64,000 nt of DNA from Pseudobdellovibrionaceae bacterium (GTDB taxonomy: Bacteria > Bdellovibrionota > Bdellovibrionia > Bdellovibrionales > Bdellovibrionaceae), in the NCBI GenBank assembly GCA_039810425.1, contig JBDHWW010000005.1, forward strand, positions 35,925 to 99,924, written 5' to 3'. Below are positions 17,475-27,074 of the stretch, piece by piece (position 1 is the first letter of the stretch; every line of letters starts with the position of its first letter). The translations under genes were made by a program, and so were the position numbers. Below the pieces are notes generated by a model, which saw nothing but the letters and a program-made list of their open reading frames with translations, searched no databases and was not told where the DNA came from.

Positions 17475-19745
17475 ATGAAGGGTTCCCAATTTGTAGTACG
17501 TGGTAGTCGCCTGGGTATGGCCATGCTTATGTCGTTGAGTTTACAGATCAAGCCGGCCATTGCCGCAACTTCTTCGGATCCGAGCGATGCCGGGATTATT
17601 CCTATTGAAACATCAAACGTTAACAAAAGTTTGATTGATGAGCTTTTCGGCCCTGAAGATTCTTCAGGCAATAACAACAATAATCAGAATCGCAATAACA
17701 ATCAGAACCGGAATAACAACAACAATCAGAATCGCAATAACAATCAGAACCGAAACAACAACAACAACAACAATCAAAACCGAAACAACAACAACAATAA
17801 TAATAACAATAACAATAGGAATCGTAACGATAATAGGGACAGTTTTCAGATTGTTTCTAAATCTAAAATCAGCGACGATTTCCAGTGTAATTTGTTCGAG
17901 AGTGTTCCTTATAATGATATCTTGAGCGCTGTGAATGCTTTGAACTCGGCGGTCAGTTCACCTGCTTGTGCGGGCAGTTCTAACGTGGATACCCAAGGTA
18001 TTGTTAATAATAATAAAGCGGTTGCCGATGCGGTGAAAGATCTCCGCGGTTATGTTGAGAACCCGGAAACAATCCAGCCTGAAACGGCGGCGGATATCGC
18101 AAACCGCGTTGATATCGCGATTCGTGCGACGAACTCCATCGCGAACTCATTTGCGCAAACGGATTTACTCAAAAAGTCATGCCGCGAGAGCATGAGTGCC
18201 GGTCAGATCGCGACTTCTATTAATGATGTCATCAACGGTTTGACTCCTTACGCTTTGATGGCGGCAACTCTTATGACGGGTGGTGCGGCCGCTGTTCCAT
18301 TTATTGTGGGTGGCAGCGTAATCACCGGCGCTATCAGCAGCATGACTAAGATCATCGAAGAAGACTCTGTGAAGATCTATCAGGCGGATGTGCGTCGTGC
18401 GATCGTTGAGAATACGTGTCAATTCATTCGTTTGGATCAGAAATATAAGTTCTTAATTAAGTCACGTCAGGAGCAGATATCTAAGATCACGACCGATTTG
18501 ACTGCTTCACAAAGACTCTTTAGTGCAAAGCTTGGGAGCCTCTCCGGCGGATCGAATGACTTGGTAAACCGTAAGAATGCGATTGATGCGACAGCGACCG
18601 AAATTAACTCAGTTCTTTCAGCGGCCCGTAGCCAGCTTGAGATGACCAAGCAGTTTGTGACGAGCACAACGGATCCATTGAAGATCTGCTCTATGGGTGT
18701 TCAGTTGGCGTTGATGACGAAGGATAAAAATTCTTACGTGGCACAGTACATGTCGAGCTTAGATCAGGCAATGTTGGCTTACGGCTCTTCAAGCGTCCCA
18801 CAAGCTCAAGCTTTGAAAACAAGCTCGATGATGGCGAAGAAGAGCCTTGAGCAAGTGGCGGCGAACCAATTCTCGGGTAAAGTGAATTTCAATACATGTG
18901 CACAAACTTCGAAGTCATTCCTTGAGACGATCGAGCAGTCGGGCACAACAGCGCAGCAACTCGTGAAACTCGCTCAAGACGGCGTGGAGAAGTCTTTGGC
19001 GTCAAACAAAGAATACGGTCTGTATAAAGCTCGTTTATCTTCTTTGAATCAAAAGCAATTCCAAGCGGACCGTGTCACGAAGTCTTTGGATAAGCTCCAA
19101 GCCTATGCGAACGTGATCACTCAGTCGGAAATCGACTCTGAGGTGGGCAAAGTTCGCCGTGGTCTTTTCCAAGGTTCTTCATCTCCGGTGTTACAGTGGT
19201 TTGGGTATGTGAACGGCTTGCACAGAGCGGAAGTAAATCGCTTCAGCGATGGTTTGAAGTCCCTCCAGAATCGCGCCTTTAAGATGACGAAGTCTGGCCA
19301 GACGACTCCAACAATCGCTCCGGGCCCATATCAAACGAACGCGTCTCAATACAAAGTAGATACCGAGGTTGCGAGAAACTTGGTCAACTTTAATTTGAAG
19401 ACCTTGCCCCTCGGCACGAGAGAACACGACAACGTTTGCCGCGAGCTTTCGGATGTTTGGAATCACTGGACGGCCGCGATCGATCATTTGGCGGCGTCAG
19501 ACGCCTTCTGCAATATGATCGAGCCCTATGTTTACGACAACCGCTCTGAAGATGCGCCACTTGTAAAAATGTGCCGTGGCTATTCGAAGGAGGCTGTCGC
19601 TGTCGTGGCTTACAACAAAGACATCCCTTCAACAATCGCGTCGATTAAAAACGACTTGGTGAAGAACTATACCCGCGACTGGGCTCTGAGAGTCAAACAA
19701 CGCTTGACCGAATTGACATGCATCGATTTGGCAGAAGAAGAATAA
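17475..19745 (+). CDS. Large secreted alpha-helical protein with Asn-rich repeat
   Basis: AAGGAG RBS; signal-like N-terminus; N(3-6)QNR repeats; 10 Cys; internal hydrophobic Gly/Ala stretch. Confidence 0.85.
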   Translation: MKGSQFVVRGSRLGMAMLMSLSLQIKPAIAATSSDPSDAGIIPIETSNVNKSLIDELFGPEDSSGNNNNNQNRNNNQNRNNNNNQNRNNNQNRNNNNNNNQNRNNNNNNNNNNNRNRNDNRDSFQIVSKSKISDDFQCNLFESVPYNDILSAVNALNSAVSSPACAGSSNVDTQGIVNNNKAVADAVKDLRGYVENPETIQPETAADIANRVDIAIRATNSIANSFAQTDLLKKSCRESMSAGQIATSINDVINGLTPYALMAATLMTGGAAAVPFIVGGSVITGAISSMTKIIEEDSVKIYQADVRRAIVENTCQFIRLDQKYKFLIKSRQEQISKITTDLTASQRLFSAKLGSLSGGSNDLVNRKNAIDATATEINSVLSAARSQLEMTKQFVTSTTDPLKICSMGVQLALMTKDKNSYVAQYMSSLDQAMLAYGSSSVPQAQALKTSSMMAKKSLEQVAANQFSGKVNFNTCAQTSKSFLETIEQSGTTAQQLVKLAQDGVEKSLASNKEYGLYKARLSSLNQKQFQADRVTKSLDKLQAYANVITQSEIDSEVGKVRRGLFQGSSSPVLQWFGYVNGLHRAEVNRFSDGLKSLQNRAFKMTKSGQTTPTIAPGPYQTNASQYKVDTEVARNLVNFNLKTLPLGTREHDNVCRELSDVWNHWTAAIDHLAASDAFCNMIEPYVYDNRSEDAPLVKMCRGYSKEAVAVVAYNKDIPSTIASIKNDLVKNYTRDWALRVKQRLTELTCIDLAEEE
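17670..17838 (+). repeat. Coding AAC/AAT tandem repeat (NNNQNR units)
   Basis: Directly visible mixed AAC/AAT runs with CAG/CAA-AAY-CGN spacers. Confidence 0.95.
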
Positions 19746-19821
19746 ACGCTGGCCCCTTCAAATGTTGATAAGGAAGAGCTGGTCCCGCCAGCCTTCCAGC
19801 CAGTTTTTATCTCTTAAACTG

Positions 19822-21264
19822 CTAAGCGTGGGCGTTTTTGCCCGCACTTGTCAGTGGCTTTTGGATGATGTGGATCGCATGGCCTAGAGTCGCTTCCGCA
19901 GCTTCCATCATCGTTTCGCCCAACGTAGGGTGAGGATGGATCGACAAAGCGAGGTCTTCAAGGCGTGCGCCCATTTCAATTGCCAAAACTGCTTCAGAGA
20001 TCAAGTTTGAAGCTTCAGGTCCCACGATGTGAACGCCCAATAAAACATTTGTTTTGGCATCGGCTATCATTTTTACGAAACCTTCTGTTTCCATCATGCT
20101 GACCGCACGGCCGTTAGCACCGAATGGAAACTTCGCGACTTTCAAATCTGTGAAACCTTTTGCTTTCGCTTCAGCCTCAGTCATGCCGGCGGCGGCGATT
20201 TCTGGATCTGTGAATACAACCGCGGGAACTGTCTTCGCGTCGTAAACGCGATTGTAGCCCTTAATAACTTCCGCTACCAAGATACCTTCATAGGAAGCTT
20301 TGTGCGCCAACATCGGTTGACCCGCGATATCGCCGATCGCAAAGATATTTGGCACATACGTGCGGCGTTGAGCATCCACCTTAACAAAACCTCGCTCGTC
20401 AACCGCAATACCAGCGGCTTTCAAGTTCGCCTGGTCTCCATTAGGACGGCGGCCGACAGTCACAAGAATTTTATCAGCTTTCAGATTTTCTTCTTTGCCG
20501 TTGACCTCAACAGTCACTTCGTAGCCGTCTTTTACTTTTTTCTGCCCCTTTGCTTTTGCGCCGTACATGAGCTTCACGCCGGATCTATCCAGCTTACGAG
20601 TTACAATTTGTGCGCAGTCCGGATCAACAACGCCCGCAAGAAGTGAGCTTTGTGCCTCAACCACGGTCACTTCGCAACCAAGCTTTCTTAAGTATGAAGA
20701 AATCTCGAGGCCGATGTAGCCACCACCAATCGTCACAACACGCTTAGGAATTTCGTCCCATGCGAGTGCGCCGGTGGATGAAACAATGTCCTTCTCGTCG
20801 AATTTGAAACCAGGAATTTCAATCGGGCGAGAGCCTGTCGCAACGATGAAATATTTAGCTTGAACGGCCTCTGTGCCTGAAGAAGATTTTACAGTGATTT
20901 CTTTGGAAGACTTGAATTCCGCATCACCGCGAAGAACAGTCACCGTGTTGCCTTTTAAAAGCTGATTCACCCCACCAGACATTTTATCGCAAACAGATTG
21001 TTTCCATTTTACGAGTTGTTTCATGTCTACGTCGATGCCGCCTTTGATATTAAGACCCATATCTTTGAAGTTGTGCTGGGCCTTGTGAAGTAAATGTGTC
21101 GCTGTGATCATCGCCTTAGAGGGGATGCAACCAACGTTTAAGCAAACACCACCGATGAACTCGCGCTCAACAACCGCAGTTTTGAAACCCAATTGGGCTG
21201 CGCGAATGGCGGCGACATAACCACCGGGACCAGAGCCAATAACTACTACGTCAAAATTTTGCAT
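19822..21264 (-). CDS. lpdA: Dihydrolipoyl dehydrogenase (E3)
   Basis: GSGPGG, GGVCLNVGCIPSK, HPHPTLGE. Confidence 0.97.
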   Translation of the reverse strand: MQNFDVVVIGSGPGGYVAAIRAAQLGFKTAVVEREFIGGVCLNVGCIPSKAMITATHLLHKAQHNFKDMGLNIKGGIDVDMKQLVKWKQSVCDKMSGGVNQLLKGNTVTVLRGDAEFKSSKEITVKSSSGTEAVQAKYFIVATGSRPIEIPGFKFDEKDIVSSTGALAWDEIPKRVVTIGGGYIGLEISSYLRKLGCEVTVVEAQSSLLAGVVDPDCAQIVTRKLDRSGVKLMYGAKAKGQKKVKDGYEVTVEVNGKEENLKADKILVTVGRRPNGDQANLKAAGIAVDERGFVKVDAQRRTYVPNIFAIGDIAGQPMLAHKASYEGILVAEVIKGYNRVYDAKTVPAVVFTDPEIAAAGMTEAEAKAKGFTDLKVAKFPFGANGRAVSMMETEGFVKMIADAKTNVLLGVHIVGPEASNLISEAVLAIEMGARLEDLALSIHPHPTLGETMMEAAEATLGHAIHIIQKPLTSAGKNAHA

Positions 21265-21274
21265 CTGTGATCTC

Positions 21275-22915
21275 CTACACCATGTCCATCATCAGACGGC
21301 CAGGGTTTTGAATGCGCTCAAGGAATGACTTCATGAAACGGGCTGCAACCGCGCCGTCGATCAGACGATGGTCACAAGTGACTGTGTAGTTCATTACTTT
21401 GATCGCCGCAAGCTGGCCATTTTTGATAACTGGTTTTTCGTCGATTTTATACATGCCCAAGATCGCCACTTCCGGATGGTTGATCACCGGAGTTGCGTAA
21501 GTACCCCCCACAGAACCGATGTTTGTGATGGTGATGCCCGCACCCTTCATCTCATCCAGCTTCAACTTGCCATCGCGGGCGCGTTTAGAAAGATCCAAAA
21601 TCTCTTTTGAAAGCTCAACGATGGTCTTTTGGTCGGCGTTCTTGATCACGGGAACAACCAAACCTTGCGGAGTATCAGCGGCGAAGCCAATGTTGAAGTA
21701 TTTTTTGTAAACGATTTCCGAAGCAGCATCGTCAATCGACGCATTAAACATTGGAAATTCGCGGATTGTCGCGATCAATGCTTTCATGACGATTGGCAAG
21801 TACGTGATCTTCGTGCCGTTCTTTTCCGCGTAGTCTTTCAGAGACTCCCGGAAGGCAACGAGTTCAGTCACGTTTGCTTCATCCATCAAGGTAAAATGCG
21901 GAATGATTTGCTTAGAACGTTGCAAATTCTCGGCGATCTTACGGCGGATACCGATAAGAGGAATACGCTCTTCAACGCCTGGTCCTCCTTGGTAAGCTGG
22001 ACGGGGAATTGTCACGCCCGGAACTTGGGCTGGCATTGCCGCACCAGCGCGAGTGGCGCCGGCTCCCATAGAGCCGCCACCTTTGGCGCCTAACACGTCT
22101 TCACGGGTGACACGGCCGGCGAGGCCTGTACCACTCATGCCATTGATATCAACGCCCATTTCGCGGGCCAAACGACGAGTCGCGGGAGTCGCCAAAACCT
22201 TAGAGTCCGCAACTGGTGGGTAAATTGGAGAGCCGTTAGAAGCCTGCGCCGCACCGAAGTTCAAGTGCGCTGCCGCTGGAATAGACGTCGTTACGGCGGC
22301 GGATTTGGTGGCCGCCGCTGGCTGAGTTGCAGGAGACGGAGCCGCTGCTTTAGGGGTTGCGCCCGCGCCACCTTCGAGAATCAACATGACACTGTCGACT
22401 TTAACGACGTCACCAGATTTGAATTTCAACTCTTTGACCGTGCCAGCGAGGGGCGTTGGCACTTCAACAGTGGCTTTATCTGTCATGACCTCAGCAACAG
22501 GTTGATCTGCTTTCACAACGTCACCTGGTTTTACCAGCCATTTTACGAGCTCACCTTCAGTGACGCCCTCGCCCAATTCGGGAAGTTTTATAGGAGTCGC
22601 AGCGCCGCCGCCAGACGCTGAAGCCGCTGTCGTTGCAGAAGGGGTCGGTTTGCTTGCCGCTGGTTTCGCAGTTGCGCCCGCACTATCCAGAGTGATCATG
22701 ATAGAGTCCACTTTCACGACCTGGCCTGGTTTAAATTTCAATTCTTTGACTATGCCCGCAACTGGAGTCGGAACTTCGACAGTCGCTTTGTCAGTCATAA
22801 CCTCAGCGATCGGCTGATCGGCCTTTACGCTGTCACCTGGTTGAACCAACCATTTAACCAATTCACCTTCAGTAACGCCTTCGCCTAATTCTGGAAGTTT
22901 TACATCCGTTGCCAT
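21275..22915 (-). CDS. pdhC: Dihydrolipoamide acyltransferase (E2) with two lipoyl domains
   Basis: Two EVMTDKA lipoyl repeats, E3-binding domain, DHRLIDG catalytic motif. Confidence 0.9.
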   Translation of the reverse strand: MATDVKLPELGEGVTEGELVKWLVQPGDSVKADQPIAEVMTDKATVEVPTPVAGIVKELKFKPGQVVKVDSIMITLDSAGATAKPAASKPTPSATTAASASGGGAATPIKLPELGEGVTEGELVKWLVKPGDVVKADQPVAEVMTDKATVEVPTPLAGTVKELKFKSGDVVKVDSVMLILEGGAGATPKAAAPSPATQPAAATKSAAVTTSIPAAAHLNFGAAQASNGSPIYPPVADSKVLATPATRRLAREMGVDINGMSGTGLAGRVTREDVLGAKGGGSMGAGATRAGAAMPAQVPGVTIPRPAYQGGPGVEERIPLIGIRRKIAENLQRSKQIIPHFTLMDEANVTELVAFRESLKDYAEKNGTKITYLPIVMKALIATIREFPMFNASIDDAASEIVYKKYFNIGFAADTPQGLVVPVIKNADQKTIVELSKEILDLSKRARDGKLKLDEMKGAGITITNIGSVGGTYATPVINHPEVAILGMYKIDEKPVIKNGQLAAIKVMNYTVTCDHRLIDGAVAARFMKSFLERIQNPGRLMMDMV

Positions 22916-23037
22916 GCTGAGATTGCTCCCTTCGAAATTAAAAAATTCATAGTGATTTAAACCCTATGGTTCTATGCTCAGGGATCGCCAATTGCATCGC
23001 TTTATGCCGCGGGTCATAGAGCGAAAGCTCGTGCCAC

Positions 23038-23083
23038 AAAAGAAAAGAGCCGTAGAGGGACGCTTGTAACCACCTACGGCTCT
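23038..23083 (-). terminator. Minus-strand terminator upstream of pdhC
   Basis: AGAGCCGTAG/CTACGGCTCT 10-bp stem followed by TTTCTTTT on the minus strand. Confidence 0.65.
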
Positions 23084-23173
23084 ATTTCCCGCGACTTTCG
23101 CCGCTTATTTATGCGCTAAATCAGATGACATACCGAAAGTATTTGAAACCCCCGCGGCTGTCTAGGCCTTCAG

Positions 23174-23218
23174 CGGGACAATATGTACCGATTATAGAGG
23201 TCGGGACAAATCGTTCCG
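23174..23218. promoter_or_regulatory. Pair of 17-bp palindromic operator-like sites
   Basis: CGGGACAATATGTACCG (23174-23190) and CGGGACAAATCGTTCCG (23202-23218); shared pattern CGGnAC-N5-GTnCCG. Confidence 0.6.
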
Positions 23219-23260
23219 ATGCGCTTGCATTTGGCGGCGGGAACGGGATATACAGACATC

Positions 23261-24034
23261 ATGGAAGTCACGATTAAGAATTTACTCTTGCAAGAACTTA
23301 CAAGAAGACAGACTCGCAACTCTTCTTACTCTCTCCGCGCCTTCGCCCGTGATCTCAGTATCGGCGCGACGACTCTGTCTGATGTTCTTGCCGACAAGAG
23401 GAGCCTTTCCAAGACGAATCTTGGGAAAGTCATGGAAAAGTTACTGGTATCACCAGTGGAAAAAGAAAAACTTTGGAGCGACTATAAAGACAATGTGAAT
23501 CGCCCTCGGGAATTGGACGACAAGACCGTTCTTGAAGAAGATGTGTTCCGACTGATCGCGGACTGGCACTATGTTGCGGTCTTGAATCTCGCGAATATCA
23601 AAAATAATCAAGCGCGTCCCGAGTGGATTGCGAAGCGCCTGGGGATTAAAGCCGAGGAAGCTGAAGACGCCCTCGAACGCCTGCAGCGCTTAAAACTTGT
23701 GAGGAAAGTTCATGGCCGTCTGGTGCAAACGGGACGCGACTTGGCCACGACGACAGATATTCCTTCTGCGGCGATTCGCAAACATCATAGTCAAAACCTG
23801 CGTTTAGCGGAAGACGCGCTTCATAACGTCCCGGTTGAATTTCGTGAGTTTGGCTCGGTAACGGTCGCCGCAAACCTTGAAAAATTGTCAGCGGTAAAAC
23901 AGATCTTATTAAAAACTCGTAAAAAAATTAACGATCTGCTAGAAACTGGGGAGCCTTCTGAAGTCTATACGCTCTCATTTCAGTTGTTCCCTCTTACAAA
24001 ACTTCAGAGCACGACGGAGGAAGAAAATGGTTAA
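23261..24034 (+). CDS. TIGR02147/DUF4423-family HTH protein
   Basis: RNSSYSLRAFARDL HTH; ADWHYVAVLNL; AIRKHHSQ; VYTLSFQLFPL C-terminus. Probably leaderless (TATACA-N6-ATG). Confidence 0.88.
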   Translation: MEVTIKNLLLQELTRRQTRNSSYSLRAFARDLSIGATTLSDVLADKRSLSKTNLGKVMEKLLVSPVEKEKLWSDYKDNVNRPRELDDKTVLEEDVFRLIADWHYVAVLNLANIKNNQARPEWIAKRLGIKAEEAEDALERLQRLKLVRKVHGRLVQTGRDLATTTDIPSAAIRKHHSQNLRLAEDALHNVPVEFREFGSVTVAANLEKLSAVKQILLKTRKKINDLLETGEPSEVYTLSFQLFPLTKLQSTTEEENG

Positions 24035-25049
24035 ATCTAATTTGAGAAAATTGAATCAGCTGGCCCAGGGTTGTTTGTTCGGTGTCTTGGTCTCATTGGC
24101 GAGCATGCCTTCATTTGCCGGCACTTTCGTGAATAACGGCGGCGGTCTTGCAGAGAAGAATATTCTCTACGCATACGAAAAGTTAGATGCCTATCTTCAG
24201 CTTTGTTTGAGCTCGAATGCTTGCAAGTTGACGCCAGAGCAGGGCAGCTTGTTGTTGCAAATCTATCGTGCTCTTCCGCAAGAGCGCACGGCAAAACAAT
24301 TGTCATTCTCTTCTGAAAAGCAAAATCCTGGTTTCTTCATGATCGACGGCAACGTACGTGTGGCTAAAACCGGTAATGATGTCGGCAGCCCGGTCTATAT
24401 TAATAGCGATTTGCTTTACACGAAAGAAGGTGACGGTGATAGTTGGGATCCCGTCAGCATTCCAGAAGCTGTGGCGATCTTGGTCCACGAACTGGGGCAT
24501 CACCAGGGAAAACATACCCATGAAGAGCTTGATTTGCTCGGTGTGCGAGTTTCTTTGTTGTTACAACAGAAGTTCATTTCAACCCCGTTGATCCCTTGGG
24601 CTCCAAATGAGGTCTCTGCAAGTGTTTTGAATACGAACTTATTCAAAGGCTTCCCGCAGGTTCTTTTGAATGTGGGCGACGAAGTTCTGGATGTCAGCAG
24701 CATCTATGCTCGCGCAGTGCACTGCGAAGTTTTCACGTTGCCGATTCCAATTTTGCCGATCCCTGATTTGGAGCTGATCACGAAAACTCCACTCGGCTCA
24801 TTGTTTCATAATCTTCACTGGGAAAAGATCAAAGACAAGGGAAGCTACTTAACAGTCCAAATCACAGGCAATGTCTCAAACAATTGCCAATACCGGAATA
24901 ATATCGGCATTCGTAACAACAACTTCCAGCTGAAGATCTCTTTCCGTATTAATAAGGTCGGCGATAAATGGGTGACGGATAGGGATTCCATCACCATGGA
25001 TCAGTTTAAAGACCCTTGGTGGAAATTGATCAAGTTGCCGGGCTCTTAG
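24027..25049 (+). CDS. Secreted HExxH metallopeptidase-like protein
   Basis: GGAGG RBS; signal peptide then NNGGG; LVHELGH; 8-bp overlap with the upstream gene. Confidence 0.7.
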   Translation: MVKSNLRKLNQLAQGCLFGVLVSLASMPSFAGTFVNNGGGLAEKNILYAYEKLDAYLQLCLSSNACKLTPEQGSLLLQIYRALPQERTAKQLSFSSEKQNPGFFMIDGNVRVAKTGNDVGSPVYINSDLLYTKEGDGDSWDPVSIPEAVAILVHELGHHQGKHTHEELDLLGVRVSLLLQQKFISTPLIPWAPNEVSASVLNTNLFKGFPQVLLNVGDEVLDVSSIYARAVHCEVFTLPIPILPIPDLELITKTPLGSLFHNLHWEKIKDKGSYLTVQITGNVSNNCQYRNNIGIRNNNFQLKISFRINKVGDKWVTDRDSITMDQFKDPWWKLIKLPGS

Positions 25050-25129
25050 TCTGAACATCTAACAACATTTAAAGGGGCCAGTTTTGAACGCCTAAATTGA
25101 TCAAAGAATCGGTATGAGACCTCTATTCG

Positions 25130-26056
25130 TCAGAGGTCTTCTTTTCTGAGCCAGCCCTTGCGGTAAATCCATGCAAGGATCGCCACGGCGATAGCGAGCA
25201 TAATCCCCAAAGTCACAAAATAACCATGTTCGTGCTTTAGCTCCGGCATGTTTTCGAAATTCATGCCATAAATGCCTGCAATGAAGTTTAAAGGCAGGAA
25301 AAAGATCGATACCACAGTCAAGATGCGCATAATCTCGTTTGTTTTGAAGGACGCTTCGTTGGTCTTCTGAGACATCAAAGACAAGTGCAAACTTAAGAGG
25401 CCCGTGATTTCTTCATAGATGTTGTCCGTATAGAAAATCATGCGGTCGAGTGGTTCGCGAATTTCACTGACGTCATCAATCGGAAACTCCGTGCGGAGTT
25501 TTAGCTTAATAAGCAGGTCCAATGTGAACTTGAAGACTTTGCGATAAGTAGAGGCTTGGCGTTTTATCTTGTAACCTTCGCGCAGAATATTGCGGCGGCG
25601 AAGAGCGAAGACGCGGCCTTCGATGATTTCTGTTTTACCTTCAAGCGCCTCAATCGGCTTATCGAAACTGAGGATCACGCCGCTAATCATGTTGTGCAGG
25701 AAGTTGGTCTTGGTGAGATTTTCAAAATTGCATTTGTCCCGGCGGTCCGTGATGGTTTCGATCGGGCCGCGGTGAATTGTCATGATGTAGTTTTCGCCCA
25801 CGGCAAAAACGAGCTTGGTGGTCAGGGCTTGCATTGTAAAGGCGGACTCTTTGGCGTGACTATCGTGGTTGCGCAAAATAAAGAATGCGGTTCCATCAAA
25901 GAACTCAGCACGCGGCAAATGCTCAGGATCGAGGCTGTTGGCCAAAGGATGCAGCGGCAAACTGAACTCGCTGGCCAGGTTTACGAAATCTTGTTGGCTC
26001 GGGCCTTCGATATCAATCCACTGAAAGCCTTGCCATTGGTGCTCAAATCGTTTCAT
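25130..26056 (-). CDS. corA: CorA-family Mg2+/Co2+ transporter
   Basis: YGMNF signature and two C-terminal TMs. Confidence 0.93.
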   Translation of the reverse strand: MKRFEHQWQGFQWIDIEGPSQQDFVNLASEFSLPLHPLANSLDPEHLPRAEFFDGTAFFILRNHDSHAKESAFTMQALTTKLVFAVGENYIMTIHRGPIETITDRRDKCNFENLTKTNFLHNMISGVILSFDKPIEALEGKTEIIEGRVFALRRRNILREGYKIKRQASTYRKVFKFTLDLLIKLKLRTEFPIDDVSEIREPLDRMIFYTDNIYEEITGLLSLHLSLMSQKTNEASFKTNEIMRILTVVSIFFLPLNFIAGIYGMNFENMPELKHEHGYFVTLGIMLAIAVAILAWIYRKGWLRKEDL

Positions 26057-26127
26057 GCGTCCTCGCTGGTTAAAAGCTTGCTCCGCCCCAGGGCTTATGT
26101 CAATTTAGGGCTTTCTTAGGAGAGAGA

Positions 26128-26862
26128 ATGAAATACAGCCGCCCCTTAGATGAAGGTATTTTTTTAAAGCGTTATAAACGTTTTTTTGCGGATATCGAGT
26201 GGAAGGGGGAACTGCTGACGGCGCATGTGCCGAATACTGGCAGTATGAAAAGCGTGAATAATCCCGGCGCACTTTGCCTATTTTCTCATAGTGACAATCC
26301 GGAAAGAAAATTGAAACAGACATTGGAAATGATCAAAGCTCCGAGTGGTTCCTGGGTCGGAGTAAATACAGCGACGCCGAACACCGTCGTACGCGAAACT
26401 CTTTTAGGCCTGGTGGGGCAAAACAGTGGAAAGCTGCCGGGAAACTGGCAGCACTGGGCGGGCTTCGATGAAGTAAAGCCTGAGTACAAAATCTCGGTGG
26501 AGACCCGCTTGGACTTTGCCCTTTCTAAAAAGAACTCAGATAAAAAACATTTTATTGAAGTGAAGAACGTGACGTTAGCCGAAGGAAGGATCGCCATGTT
26601 TCCAGATGCTGAAACCACGCGTGGCCAGAAGCATTTGCAAGAGCTGATGGATTTAATGGACCAGGGCCATACGACCGAGCTCCTTTTTACAATTCAGCGT
26701 AGTGATTGCAATGAGTTTTCTCCGGCGGACGATATCGATCCAGAGTATGGAAGGCTACTTCGGCAAGCGGCAGGGAAGGGGCTCAGGATTTCTCCGTTCG
26801 TCGTGGATCTGAGCCTCACGGAAGCGGTGTTGAGCGATAAGGTTCTCCCGGTAAAGATCTAG
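26128..26862 (+). CDS. sfsA: SfsA DNA/RNA nuclease
   Basis: RYKRFFAD, HVPNTGSM, EVKNVTL, FPDA.T.RGQKHL.EL. Confidence 0.95.
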   Translation: MKYSRPLDEGIFLKRYKRFFADIEWKGELLTAHVPNTGSMKSVNNPGALCLFSHSDNPERKLKQTLEMIKAPSGSWVGVNTATPNTVVRETLLGLVGQNSGKLPGNWQHWAGFDEVKPEYKISVETRLDFALSKKNSDKKHFIEVKNVTLAEGRIAMFPDAETTRGQKHLQELMDLMDQGHTTELLFTIQRSDCNEFSPADDIDPEYGRLLRQAAGKGLRISPFVVDLSLTEAVLSDKVLPVKI

Positions 26863-26988
26863 AACTGATCCCTTACGCTGTTGATGAGGTCAGGAGTCTT
26901 AGGCATTAGAATGTATTTACAAAGTCCACGTGCCCTGGTTCCCTATTGGATTGCCTACCCGCGAACTTTGCCCCGGATAGAAAAGGAC

Positions 26989-27025
26989 AAAAAGAAAAAC
27001 CCACATCTCGATAAAAGATGTGGGT
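26989..27025 (-). terminator. Terminator of the DsbA-like gene
   Basis: ACCCACATCT/AGATGTGGGT stem followed by a T-rich tail on the minus strand. Confidence 0.75.
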
Positions 27026-27074
27026 CATTAAGACCCTGAACCGGGCCCTTGTTTCCGCTTCCGTTAAGGAAAGG

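Noticed and set aside
17670..17838. Tandem repeat as a CRISPR array or non-coding satellite
   Set aside because: It is an in-frame coding Asn repeat with no constant repeat/unique spacer structure and no cas genes.
22370..22915. Internal DNA duplication in pdhC
   Set aside because: Explained by two lipoyl domains, normal for E2 subunits.
19822..22915. E2/E3 genes without adjacent E1 genes
   Set aside because: Split PDH loci are common; E1 is probably elsewhere.
23021..23036. Sigma54 promoter for pdhC (TGGCACGAGCTTTCGC, minus strand)
   Set aside because: GG-to-GC spacing is off by one base.
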